In this document: piece by piece, positions 51,735-64,000 of the stretch
How positions within the stretch are numbered: position 1 is the stretch's first letter
Layout: every line of letters begins with the position of its first letter
Source: Octopus vulgaris
Lineage: Eukaryota
Direction of reading: 5' to 3'
NCBI GenBank assembly: GCA_951406725.2
Contig: OX597829.1
Span: 36,580,001 to 36,644,000 of the forward strand
Length of the DNA stretch: 64,000 bases
The notes under the pieces: model-generated
Told to the model about the DNA's origin: nothing
Database searches by the model: none
The model's input: only the letters and a program-made list of their open reading frames with translations
Position numbers and translations under genes: made by a program

Positions 51735-52919
51735 TTACAGATTTATGCTTAAAATAGTGTCGTCTTTCATACTGACCATTTTTGCCACTTTTACCCACTT
51801 TTTATTAAAACATTCGTTCGACAAAGCCTTCCTCTCTATTCTCATCCTCCTTTTCAAGTGGTACTTGAAAAAGTTGACGAGAGACTGACCAGAGAGGAAG
51901 GTGTTTGTTTGCAGTCCTTTCAAACGCGTCCACCACACACATTCTTTCGCCATAGCCATCAGCGTAACGAAAACCGTTTTCCCTTCCCGTTTAAAGGAAG
52001 GTGGTGGAACAATATTTACGATAGACTCGGCCGATAGGCGAGCCCGACCTACACGTGACAACAGCTGTTCGACGAAGGACCACAGCTCTAAAATATCTGG
52101 ACACTGCACGAGTGCGTGCAGAACGGTTTCGTTGCTCTGACCGCATCTCGGGCAGGTCAGTCCGGTGATGGTTTTCGAACCGTGTCTGTAGCTCTTCTCT
52201 CGAACAGGTAGTGCGTCTCGATAGCACTGCCAAGCCAGGGATTTCTGGAAGTTATCCATAGGCCCCGGCCCGAACGTCGTCCTGAACAGGCGGGTTAGGA
52301 ATTCCTCGTCGACGCCCAGGTTTGCCCCGAGCGTGTCGTCGGACCTCCCCTCCACTAGTCCTCTATAGAACGCTTTAGTCGTTTGTAAGTTGCACAAGTT
52401 TGACCCCGGTCGGCAGAGCTGCTGTAAAGCTTGGCGATACTCTCGGTGCCAATCGCCCAGTTTCGGTCTCTTCTTGATCCACGTTTGCAGTTCGGTCAGT
52501 GAGACGAGCTGCGGGAAGGCGCGCCTCACAAACGGCGCCCACACCTGTTCACCGTCGTCGATGAAGTTCCAGAGATGTCGCAGTCTCAGCGCATGCCTGC
52601 GCATCATCAACCACGGCATGCCCAGTCCTCCATTCAACGGATGTTGACAGCAAATGGACTTCCTCACCATCGGAACGCCACCCTTCCACAGGAAGCGGAA
52701 GAGTATGCGTTCCAGTTTGGTGATGGTGGCGTCGGGACAAGGTACAACGGTCAGGCGGTAATCGATGACGGATGCGATGTACGCGTTCGCCACCTCCGCC
52801 CGGCCTTTTAGAGACAGCTTTCTCTCGGCCCATGTTTGGCTGAGAGCGACCACTCTATTCGTGATCTCGTCCCAGTTCTTATCCATTTGGAGGTCCGGAC
52901 TGAACCAGACCCCGAGCAA
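51735..52919 (-). CDS. LINE ORF2 C-terminal part (RT thumb plus zinc knuckle)
   Basis: LGVWF...W...KLSLKGRA...GGLGMP...[18 protein letters not shown]; separated from the upstream part by a lesion near 52920-53000. Confidence 0.85.
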   Translation of the reverse strand: MLGVWFSPDLQMDKNWDEITNRVVALSQTWAERKLSLKGRAEVANAYIASVIDYRLTVVPCPDATITKLERILFRFLWKGGVPMVRKSICCQHPLNGGLGMPWLMMRRHALRLRHLWNFIDDGEQVWAPFVRRAFPQLVSLTELQTWIKKRPKLGDWHREYRQALQQLCRPGSNLCNLQTTKAFYRGLVEGRSDDTLGANLGVDEEFLTRLFRTTFGPGPMDNFQKSLAWQCYRDALPVREKSYRHGSKTITGLTCPRCGQSNETVLHALVQCPDILELWSFVEQLLSRVGRARLSAESIVNIVPPPSFKREGKTVFVTLMAMAKECVWWTRLKGLQTNTFLSGQSLVNFFKYHLKRRMRIERKALSNECFNKKWVKVAKMVSMKDDTILSINL

Positions 52920-52999
52920 TTTAACCGGTCCGTCCGTCCAGCGTCCCGCTACTGAGCCGCTGACTTTTCCGGGTTAATCTTCGCTCCCGTCACCGTTTC

Positions 53000-55126
53000 T
53001 TATTTTCTTAGTGTCTCGCCTATCATCTGGATGTGTTTGTCGCTCGACACTATGACGGTGACATCGTCCGCATATGCCGACACGCTCGTCCCGCAACCCA
53101 ATTCCCGTGGGTTGCCCCTCAGTGTCGCCAGCTTCCGCAGTAGCGGCTCGAGAGTCAATACATACAGAAGCGCCGACAGGGGACACTCCTGACGGACCGA
53201 ACGCTTAATGTCAAACGGTTTCGACAGGTGACCGTTCACCCGAATCACCGATCGGATGCCGCTATACAAGGCAGCGATCCAACCGCGGAAGACGAGACCG
53301 AAGCCAGCCGCCCTGAGGACGGCCGCCAAGTACCGATGGTCGACCCTATCGAAGGCTTTAGACTGATCCAAATTTATCAGTGCCCCACCCATGCCAGGAT
53401 CCTTAACTACCCTGTCCACAATGTAGCGCATCAGATGGAGGTTGTCATGTATGGTTCTGCCCGGCACGGCGCATGTTTGCGCACTGTCGACCAGTTTACC
53501 AATGACAAGCGCCAACCTCTCGGCTATTACTTTGGCCAAAATTTTCAAATCCGCGTTGAGCAGAGTGATGGGCCTGAAATTATCTATAAAATTCTCCTCG
53601 TTTGGGTCTTTCTTTAGCAACGTCACTGCACCTCGGCTCACGAAACCGGGGATTCTCCCGTTTTGTTGCCAGTTGCGGTAGACTGATGCCAAGAGGTCGC
53701 CAAACAAGTCTGGCATTTGACAATACAGCTCGTAGGGTAAACCATCCAATCCAGGCGACTTATCCCTCGCGCAGCCCGCCATCGCATCCCGCACGTCAGC
53801 GGCTGTGATGGGACTTTCACAACACTCCACTTCTCTTGCCGAGAGCCGCGGCAGGTCGGTCAGGTAGGCACTGAAATCCATCCCGCGTTCCGACCCACCA
53901 CTCGCACAAAACAGTCGAGCAAAGTGCTGTTGAAAGGCCTCACACATCCTTTCGGGTTCGAGTAAACTGCATCCCTGTTGATCTATTAGAAACCGAATGG
54001 TGGCTCTGTTGCCACGCTGCGCCTCCGCTACCCGGGTCTCTCGCGCAGCTTCGATCCCTTCGTTCCTTAAGGCATGCATTTTAGCTCTGACGACGCAACC
54101 TTCGTGCTTGGCGTTGAGGTGTTGGTCGAGGGCCATCCCCGCGGCCAGCACGTTGGTTGCGGCGCCAGTGGTAAGTGCCTCTTCTAGTTTCTTAACCAGG
54201 TCTCCCTCTACTCTATTTCGATCTATCGCTAATTCCTTGCTAAACCTAATTGATTCCGATTTGATTGCCATTTTCAAGGCGTACCACCAGCGGTTGTTAA
54301 CGACGGGTCCCGTCAGCGCCCTCTTAATTAACTCGCTAATCCGGTTCCTGTAAACCTGTCGCGCTAAGAGCGACGTGTTCAGATTCCAGTAACCGGGACC
54401 CTGTCTATGTGTCTTATCTAAGTCAAGCGTACACGTCACAAATTTGTGATCTGTGTAGCTGACTATTTTAAATTGTGGACATCCTACACTATCCCTATCC
54501 GCTGTCCTGCATAGAATTCTATTTAGATAAGATCTCGACGATCCGACGCGGTTTGTCCAAGTCCATGTTGGCACGTTCGGATGGTCGAGTCGGAACCTGT
54601 CAGACAAATGGAAACGTCTGAGTAGGTCTTTGAGGCACTTACACCCCCTTCTATTCCTATCCATTCCCACATAATCTAGATGCGTGTCCAAGGTAGCGTT
54701 CCAATCCCCTACTAACAGTAAAGGTCTAGACGTACCCAGGAAAACCTCTAGACGTCTGAAGAAATCCGCCCGACCCGTTAAGGACGGTGCATAAACTGCC
54801 ATCAGACGGAATGCACACCCATTTCTGCCATCCACGTTCAAGACAACCAGCCTACCCTCCGGGTCTAGGAATATTGTTCTTACTTTTACATTTAGACTCT
54901 TGCGAAAAAGCACCGCGGTACCTCCACCACCCATGTTCGGCAGACAGGGAGAAAAATAAATGTCGAATTGATCGCCAGACATGGACGCGAGGGCCCGCGG
55001 CTTGCTGAGTCTGGTTTCACTGATAGCTACTATATCCACGTTCAGTGACTTGATGTCGTTTAGAAGGTAACCTTGCTTCCAAGCCGACGCCAAGCCACGC
55101 GCATTCACACAACGTAATTTAAGCAT
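53000..55126 (-). CDS. LINE ORF2 N-terminal part: AP endonuclease plus reverse transcriptase
   Basis: NARGL, ISET, VYAP, GDWN, TDH (endonuclease); KSPGLDG, NFRPITLLNADLKILAK, LDQSKAFDRVDH, RQECPLS, YADD (RT). Confidence 0.92.
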   Translation of the reverse strand: MLKLRCVNARGLASAWKQGYLLNDIKSLNVDIVAISETRLSKPRALASMSGDQFDIYFSPCLPNMGGGGTAVLFRKSLNVKVRTIFLDPEGRLVVLNVDGRNGCAFRLMAVYAPSLTGRADFFRRLEVFLGTSRPLLLVGDWNATLDTHLDYVGMDRNRRGCKCLKDLLRRFHLSDRFRLDHPNVPTWTWTNRVGSSRSYLNRILCRTADRDSVGCPQFKIVSYTDHKFVTCTLDLDKTHRQGPGYWNLNTSLLARQVYRNRISELIKRALTGPVVNNRWWYALKMAIKSESIRFSKELAIDRNRVEGDLVKKLEEALTTGAATNVLAAGMALDQHLNAKHEGCVVRAKMHALRNEGIEAARETRVAEAQRGNRATIRFLIDQQGCSLLEPERMCEAFQQHFARLFCASGGSERGMDFSAYLTDLPRLSAREVECCESPITAADVRDAMAGCARDKSPGLDGLPYELYCQMPDLFGDLLASVYRNWQQNGRIPGFVSRGAVTLLKKDPNEENFIDNFRPITLLNADLKILAKVIAERLALVIGKLVDSAQTCAVPGRTIHDNLHLMRYIVDRVVKDPGMGGALINLDQSKAFDRVDHRYLAAVLRAAGFGLVFRGWIAALYSGIRSVIRVNGHLSKPFDIKRSVRQECPLSALLYVLTLEPLLRKLATLRGNPRELGCGTSVSAYADDVTVIVSSDKHIQMIGETLRK

Positions 55127-55516
55127 AATTGACGTTTACGAAAATTGTGTTTCACACACTACATTGGAAGAGACAAGAGGCAAGAGGGAAGGTCACTTAC
55201 TCATTTCGAAAATTTCATGTTTTCTTCTTCTTTTGTATTGTTTTTGATGAGATGTTTGTATAGTTTTTTGGAGAGGTATCGTTGAAACCCGCCCACCGCA
55301 TTTGGAAATATTGTTTTCAGTGTATGGTGTTGTGTTTGTGTTATGTGTACAATTCTTATGTGTTTCGGTGGTGTGGTGCGCGGATGATTGTGTCTTAAAG
55401 TCATCTTCACAGATGTCCGTGTTGGATGCAATGTAATCCATTTATTTTTTATTGTCTGTGTCTATTGCAGTTAGTTGTGTGTGTGGTTTTGCGGGTTCAT
55501 TGATTTTTTTTATTGT

Positions 55517-57077
55517 CTAGGGGGGGTTGGTTCTGTCCGGAGTTAAATATTTTCCAGCTTTACTTCCTTGTTTGGTAGGCTTCTTTGATCTTTTCCTTTT
55601 ACCCCCTGTGGCTATTTGCCATTCCGTCGAACTTTCGTCGTCCGACGAATCAGAAGGGGGTAAAGGCAAAGCATTTGCGTTAATATGTATGCTTGTAGAA
55701 ATTGTTGATGTTTTGTGCGGTGTTTGTGTTGTTGTGGTGTTAGGGGTAGAATTTGTCTTCTCATCAATGTTTTGTGTCTTTTTAATTGTCATCCTCGGTG
55801 TTGGTGTTGGTCTACCTTTTGGTTCAGTATGCTGAATTGGTTGCGACGTCAACGGTGATTGTGTTGGTACTGTTTCTTTTCTTGGTGATGTTGTTGGGGT
55901 TTGTTTGCTGGTTTGTTGTTTTTCTTGGCATTGTTCCATAATTGAGTGTGTTGGTGTTGGTGTTGGCAACAAGGGTTTTTTATTTGTTTTCTGATTTGTT
56001 CTTTCTTGTTTTTTCTGTGCCAGAGCGCACTTGGCAATTAAATGCTCTGGGCTGCCACAGTTGTAGCATCTAGGCTTTTTGCCTTCTGCCACAACATATA
56101 GTGGATCCTATCAGGTAGGTTCTCGATAGAGGCCCCTCAATCTGGATGGTCACTACTATTGTTTTTCCACCCCAGTTGTCGTTTAGGTACACGGCGGTTT
56201 CTAAAATATTTATCTTTTTCAAATGGTAACAGATTGCCCCTGTTATCCATTTGTTAGGGATCTCGGGGGGGTACATTTTTAATAGTAATTCTACTCACTC
56301 TCTGGCCTTTGTAGTAAGGTACCATGATGATTTCATCATTTTCCAAAGACTCGGTAGAGTGAGTTTTTGCCACTTCCTGGTTAGGGAAGCGGACCAATAC
56401 TGTGTTAAACTGGGGACCCCAGTTTATATATTCTTTTTTTTTCATTATGTTTTTAAACACTTTTCTATATCCGTTTTTGTAATCTGTTCATTTTGTTTTT
56501 TTTTTGTTTTTCTTATAATTTTATATATAATTGTCTTATTTTCTATTTGTTCCTTTATGTGTTGGGGTGTATGCAGCACTAAATCTTGCCCTCGGGTTGT
56601 AAAGAGAGCTCTCGTTTCTATTAACTCTTCATTTGTAAATTTTACAATTTCTTTTTTCTGACGCAGAGTGTCAGCGAAATTTACTGGTGTTGTTGATTCT
56701 TTTATATTAACATCTTCACTATTAGAAAGTTCATTTTTATTGTTGTTCTTCTTCTTGTTGTTGTTTTTGTTAATAGTATTCGCGTGAGTTTCATTTTTAT
56801 CATTTATGTTGGTCGTGGTGGTGGTGGTGGTGGTGGTGGTAGTGGTGGAGGTGGTGGTGGTGGTAGCAGTAGTAGTCTCGTTGTTGTTGTTGTTGTTAGT
56901 GGTGGTGGTGGTGGTGACAGGGCTGTTACCGCAAGTGGTTGCAGCGTTCACCACCACGTCATTCAGGTTTGCACTTTGCGTGCATAAGTTCTTTTTTTTT
57001 CCTAGCGTTTCCAGACTAGGAAAATGCTGGTCCATAAAGGAACGCGACCAGCGTTCTACAATAAAATTTCTCAACAT
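55517..57077 (-). pseudogene. LINE ORF1 (gag-like), frameshifted
   Basis: Consecutive overlapping ORFs 56445..57077, 56254..56460, 56070..56276 and 55517..56092; CYNCGSPEHLIAKC knuckle; lies upstream of ORF2. Confidence 0.8.
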
Positions 57078-57274
57078 TTTTTAATGTCGAGAAGAAAATT
57101 ACACAAATTAAATAGGGTTGAAACTGCCCCTATGGGCAAATTCCTCCCTTGGAAAAGCACTCAAACGAAAGTTGGGTGCCTTACACACCTTATTTACAAA
57201 GATGTACACAAAATATGGGCTATAAATAGTCAAAATAAACGATTACCTTCGGAGCCGAAGTGACAGCACGTCCG

Positions 57275-57710
<436 letters not shown>

Positions 57711-58117
57711 CTTGCATGTGTATACGATTTCATAAGTATGCATATACGTATAAGACCTTTTATGAATACATAGTTGAATTTTTGTTTCGTAATTATCTTT
57801 CAGGTAGTTGTACAGTGGATGATATAGTTAAAAATAGAGAGCGTGCAAGAGGACAAATACGTTAGAAAAAGAAAAGAGATAAGCGGTTACGGGGGTGGAC
57901 AGGTAGGTTTCTCGTCATTTTGGCTCCATACATGTTAATATTTCTGCCAAACAATAAACGTTGCCGCCATTATTACAAGATAGTGAGCGGATTAGAAAAT
58001 AATTTCAATCATTTTTAAGGAAAGGAAACAAAATCAACCACTAATGTACAAAAACATACCTCATAGACATACTCATGTATATGTGTGTACGTGTGTATGT
58101 GTACGTATATGTGTGTT

Positions 58118-58175
<58 letters not shown>

Positions 58176-58312
58176 CATACATATATATATACATATATAT
58201 ATATACATATATATGCATGTATATCAATTGATATGATTACTGTGTATGCGCATATGAGTCTGTCTCTCTGTATGTATATATATATATATATATAGTGAAT
58301 GTTTAGACATAT

Positions 58313-58344
<32 letters not shown>

Positions 58345-58541
58345 TCATTTACATAATATATATGCGCATATATGCGAATATAAGTATTTGTCTGTATCTA
58401 TATATGCGAGTGTCGTTATGTGCTTTTGTTTTCTAAAGATATATCGATAGAAAAAAAAAAAAAGGTTTAGAAAATTAACTTTTATTTCTGTTCTTATCAT
58501 TTCTTTGTATGCAAGAAACAAATCTTAAGAAAAATGCTTCT

Positions 58542-58591
<50 letters not shown>

Positions 58592-58916
58592 CCTGTCTCC
58601 TTATCTTGTTCTTTTGCCATTTCTGTATTTCTGATTTTGTTACTTTAATTTTTACTGTATGTATGTGTAAATTCATTTACAGATAATGAAAAGAGGTAGA
58701 TTCCATTAAGACTTTTTAAGGAATTCTTGACAGGGCTTTATTGTAGCAATCACCATTGCTTTCTCTATATATATTTTACTTCCTTTCCTTCTATTTTACG
58801 TTTATCATTATTGTTGTTGTTGTTGTTGTTGTTAACATCATCATCATCATCATCAACAACAACATCATCATCATCATCATCATCGTCGTCGTCGTCGTCA
58901 CCATCATCATCATCAA

Positions 58917-58967
<51 letters not shown>

Positions 58968-59164
58968 TATCATCATCATTATTGTTGCTATTGCTTTGTT
59001 TCCGTCTTCTAATTATTACTATTATGGTCAGTATTAATATTACTAATGGTAGTTCCAATATTAATTTGCTATTAGCACTGTTGTTTGTGTATATATTGAA
59101 TATATACGATTTTTATACTAATATTCGCATTATCCTTATAAATATGTACTATTAATATTATTTA

Positions 59165-60480
59165 TTTCTTTTTTATTGTCTTTGTATAGCTTCTAACGCT
59201 GGAATTGTACTACGGTGTCAGCTGTTCACTACCAGTGAACTAAGGTAACACCTCTTATTTTTCGACCATTATTATTATTTTATTGTCTTTGTATAGCTTC
59301 TAACGCTGGAGTTGTACTTCGGTATCAGCTGTTCACAACCAGTGAACTAAGGTAACACCTCTTATTTTTCGACCATCATCCGGAGTATTCGAGCGGTTCC
59401 AATCAGTGCTGTTTTCTGCAAGTGCTCCACACTTAATGCAGCCCCTATTTGTTCAATGTACTTTTCGAATATTTCTACTCACGGTTCCCAGGACTCCAAC
59501 AATTATTGGTACTACTACCACCTTTTTCAGCAACCACAACTGCTTAACCTCCCAAGCTAACCTGTTATATCTTTCGAATTTTCTTTCTACCTTATCACAT
59601 ACCTTGTTGTTAGCTGGGCATGCTATATATGCTTTCTTTCTCAATTAGCAATATATCTGGTTTCCTATTCTCTATTCATGGTCGCACTCAATCATAAAAT
59701 CGCATAGGGTCTTTGCATTATTATTGTCGATGATGCCTTCGGGTTTATGTTCGCACCTCGTTTTTGCTCTGTCAAGTCCATACTTGTTGCAAAGTTTCCA
59801 ATGGACAATCCCTGCTATATTGTCATGACGTATATACTTTCTGGGCTAGTGGTGTACATTGACTAATAATGCGCCATACGGTTTCACCATTTTGTTCACA
59901 AATTCTGCACTTATCATTTTCTCATGTGTTGTCTATTCTGTATTTGAGGTAATTGGTTCTTAGTGCTTAGAGCCTCCGTTTCCGGTTTTAAATCACTTTT
60001 AGTCATCCATAGTCATCTTTTTTTCCTCATTCAGTCTTAGCTTCAACATCCCTATGAAATTGTCCATGCATTCTTTTTTCAGTTTCATTCATTCTCTAGT
60101 GCTTGTACGGTTCTTTATCTTTGCAATCTTCCATCCTACACAAGCTTGACCTTCTTCCTTCCAATAATAGCGGTTCTGTGGCATTTTTATCTTTCTATCT
60201 AAGCTGTTTAGTTCGTCTACTGTCTATGCCATTACCCCTGCTCCATATCTAAGGATTGAAACTGCCCAGGTGTCGATAGCTTCAATCTTATTCCGTCCGT
60301 TTAATTTCGACTTATGGATCAGTCTGTGCAAGTACTCCACCTTAAATTTTTCTGTCATTTCTTTCTCCATCAATTTATCCATTTCAAATATCCCCAAGTA
60401 TTTTTAGCTTGTCTCTTCCATCTGCTTCATAACCTCCCCCAACGGTGTCGCTAGCCCGTCCATGCATTTGATTTTGCCAT
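59165..60480 (-). mobile_element. R4/Dong-type LINE, second copy of the 40893-42965 family, with tandemly duplicated 3' end
   Basis: Colinear similarity with internal deletions; the ~100-bp 3' terminus occurs twice (~59170 and ~59278), separated by short (TTA)n. Confidence 0.85.
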
Positions 60481-60542
60481 TGTGCATCAAGAATTCGTCC
60501 CTGAGGTCCAGAATGTCGATCGAGAGAGGCAAAAAAAGAGGC

Positions 60543-60877
<335 letters not shown>

Positions 60878-61090
60878 TTCTCTTTCTCGCATGTTTTGCT
60901 GGAGTCTTGCATGCGTAGCCGGCTTACTACCTGCAGCCTACGATACAATGCTATTCGTTCTTTTCAGATATCTAATACTTTTACTGATTATTCTGGCCGT
61001 GCCAAGGAGGCAAACCTTTTGTGACAGTTCTATAAGACACTCTGTTCCAATTTCCTTTATATACCCCTGGATGACTTCTGATACTGTTTG
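60878..61090 (-). mobile_element. 3' end of a different R4/Dong-type LINE, abutting (TAA)n
   Basis: SQKVCLLGTARIISKSIRYL, a typical C-terminal QKxxLLGTARI motif. Confidence 0.7.
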
Positions 61091-61350
61091 ATATTTTCAG
61101 GCAAAGTTCTACTGCATTACTTGCCACACCTCCGCGTTGTTGAAGTGTGTGCAGCAATGTGCGCTCTTGTTTTCTCTTTGGTTTTTTTTTTCCTGCTGCT
61201 GAGGGAGTTCCAACTCTTCCCGGGAATGTGTTGCATCCGCTAGTTATGTTATGGTTTTGGGCTTGAGCCTTTTGTTGTATTAGTGTTTGTGCTGTATGCT
61301 GTATGTCTAATGCCAGTTGTGTTCTTCTGTTGAGTGTCCGACCTGTAGAC

Positions 61351-62214
61351 TACGGGGTGGCATCAAAAGGTCACCGAACTACCAATGTTGCGCGCGAACC
61401 ATTACCAGCTCTCATTGTGTGCGCAGAGAGAGTTACCAGTCACCTTCATGAGGCAGCGTACCGAGAGACATCGTTACGTTTACTTCGCAAGCTGTGCAAT
61501 TTGTGTCTTTGTGATCACGCGTATGCTGTAGTCCATGATTTTTGTCATGGACAGGAAGTTGGAACAAAGAGCCAACGTGAAATTTTGCATTAAACTTGGT
61601 AAGTCTGCTACAGAGACATTAAGCATGTTTCAACAAGATTACGGTGACGAGGTGATGGGCCGTAACAAAGTTTCGAATGGCACGCTCCGACAGAGCCATA
61701 GCTCAATCAAGTGCATGCTCATGGGGTTTTTTTTCTTCGACATTCGCGGCATTGTGCATTAAGAATTCGTCCCTGCAACGTTTTGAACCATTTGAGGGAG
61801 GACATTCAGCGAAAGTGGCCGAATCTGTGGATCGCAAAGAATTGGCTTCTTCACGACGGCGTTGCACCCTGTCAGCGAGCCCTCCTTACTTGTGAGTTTC
61901 TCGCCAAAAATAACATTATATTGCTTCCGCACCCGCCCCATTCGCTAAACTTAGCATCTGCGAATTTCCATCTCTTTCCCCATGTTGAAAATGCCGCTCA
62001 AAGGTCGCAGTTGTAACACCGTTGTCGAGATCCAGAGCCAATCGCAGAAAGTCCTCGCCTGCCTTACAGAAAATTACTCCCAGGCCGAATCCCAAAAGTG
62101 GAAGGAACGCTGCGCAAAGTGACTATTTCAAAGGAGATGATGTTAAAACATAAGTAAATATGTTATTTTTTATTAAACATAACTTGTTCGGGAATCTTTT
62201 GATACCACCTCGTA
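61351..62214 (+). mobile_element. mariner transposon, internally deleted
   Basis: TIRs TACGGGGTGGCATCAAAAG / CTTTTGATACCACCTCGTA with TA ends; EQRANVKFCIKLGKSATET, WLLHDG, LPHPPHSLNLASANFHLFP. Confidence 0.9.
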
Positions 62215-63599
62215 CATGTTGTGGAGGCCATTTTATTAGATATGTACTGCATGTGTTTGTCTATTTTGCATTTAGGAGCTTTCCTTTCTTGTAAGATGTA
62301 TCGCTGGACGTTTTGCAAATGTATTTTGTGATGTTTTTCTTATATCGTTATTTTTCCTCCATATCTCATATGTTTCTCTTATTATTCCTGTGTATTTTCG
62401 GTATAGTGTTGCAGTGTAGAATGCATTTAGCACTTCAATGTAGTCGGCACTTGTCCATCGATTTTTTTTAGTTTTGTTTTTTATTTCGGCAGTGGCATTA
62501 AGAGATGGGTCTGTCTGTTTAGTGTTAACTTTTTGACAGAATTCCGCCTTTGGGCTTGTGCTGAGGCTTCTTTCATATCGCTATTGCCCAAGACTCAAAG
62601 AACAAAATTGACCGCCATTTCTTTCCTCTTGATAGCTTTATCACCGAGCACAAATGCTCTTTTCCACGGTTTAAAATGAAACTTGCATCTTTTTTTAAAG
62701 TCATTTAAATACCGTACGTTCGATATTTTTGTTCCGGTGTAGAAGCTTGTATGTTATCGTATGTGAATTGAATAAACATTATATTGGTTGCTTTATATGC
62801 AAGAAGCAAAAATGAGCATATGTGTAGGAATGGGAATGCATGTGATTAATTCTCGTATTCACAGTTTTCTTCACAGTTCTATACAGTTGTATACGAATAT
62901 CACAGCACCTCGAGTTGTTTACATTTTCACGCACATGTCTTATTGCGTTAACACATCTGGAAAACTGTGCTTCACATACTTAATATATGAGGGAAACCTT
63001 TTGGGATCCTGAAATAATTTTCTTTCAACTTTTTTTTTTTTTTTTTTTGGCGGGAGGCGGTTCCTTAAATATTGCTTTGTTTCCAGCGAATTGGTTTGAC
63101 GAAAGCTTTTCAGATTTAAATTTTTTATATTTCAAAACACAAAATAAAGACGTGGCTTCCCAAAAGGAGGCAGGTGATGGCTGTTGGAACAGTCATTAGG
63201 AAAGCAGGTTCTCTACACTACTTACACAAAGTACATGCAACAGCGACAAAAATGGCGACAGCGACATCAGCACGCTTTACATAACAACAAAAATTACGAA
63301 GTACATCAAAAAAGTCAACGAAGAAAAGGAAAAAAATCTACAGTTATGACGACGAATTTAATAGCAGCGACAATGAGGCCATACAACAACAACAACAAAA
63401 ATCAACAAAGAATTAAATTTTCCATTTCACACGACTGCAAGCTCTATCTCCACCGCCACAAACACAATTAACACAAAAAATTAAAAATAAAAGAACAATC
63501 CTTGTAAATTTGCTGTGAGCGGTTTCACCAACGCGATAAATGACAGAAGTTATTAATGCAAACTAATTTAAAATGCACAATCTATGTGGGCAAAAATGT

Positions 63600-64000
63600 A
63601 ACATTGAATATACGTAAATCTGTCCATTAAGAAACCAACTTGCGGACAGTTGTAATACAAACCCATAGGAGCAAGAAGCAAAAGGACACAGCGAGCAATA
63701 CACCAGTAGATAAAGAAAACTCTTCAGTCAATTTGGAACAGCAAAATCGATATAACGAGGGAAGGAAATATGGAACTGTTGAAGTGAGGTTCGACTCAGA
63801 GCAGGAGACCAGATTACTCAACAACCGCCCTAAGGAGTGATGAGCTAATCCTCGTCTCCATTTAGTTAGACCGAAGACTGTTTAAAATAAAAATAATAAA
63901 CGCATCTCCGGAAATCAACATTTTTTGGTTGGTGGTAGCGGTTCTCTTTGAAACAAGAGAAAACCAGTAATATGCAGATGCAGAGACTGCTGAAGCAGAG
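63600..64000 (+). mobile_element. Decayed ORF1 of another Tx1-like LINE
   Basis: YGTVEVRFDSEQ and KIKIINASPEINIFWLVVAV align by eye with FNTVLVRFPNQE and RITIKNVPPEIPNKWITGAI of the ORF1 at 55517-57077. Confidence 0.55.

Noticed and set aside
58683-58695. 13-nt microexon (ag/ATAATGAAAAGAG/gt)
   Set aside because: Weak splice signals that are expected by chance in AT-rich DNA

Overview
AT-rich, microsatellite-saturated eukaryotic DNA (intergenic or deep intronic). The SINE families and repeat content suggest a coleoid cephalopod such as Octopus; this is inferred, not proven. No host protein-coding gene is supportable, and most long ORFs are translations of simple repeats. The window is a mosaic of mobile DNA. 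It holds a near full-length Tx1-type (L1-group) non-LTR retrotransposon plus three truncated relatives, all next to (GATA)n tracts. It also holds R4/Dong-type elements next to (TAA)n, RTE and CR1/L2 fragments, Penelope-like remnants with hammerhead-ribozyme motifs, a decayed Ty3/gypsy pol, and hAT and Tc1/mariner relics. There are several MITE or foldback elements (one wrapping telomeric TTAGGG repeats), three tRNA-derived SINE families and a 3'-truncated U1 snRNA copy. The best candidate for an undescribed system is a (GATA)n-targeting Tx1 LINE family whose 3' terminal ~50 nt are shared with the most abundant SINE here. That SINE also recurs as dimers with an identical junction. All alignments and RNA folds were done by eye.
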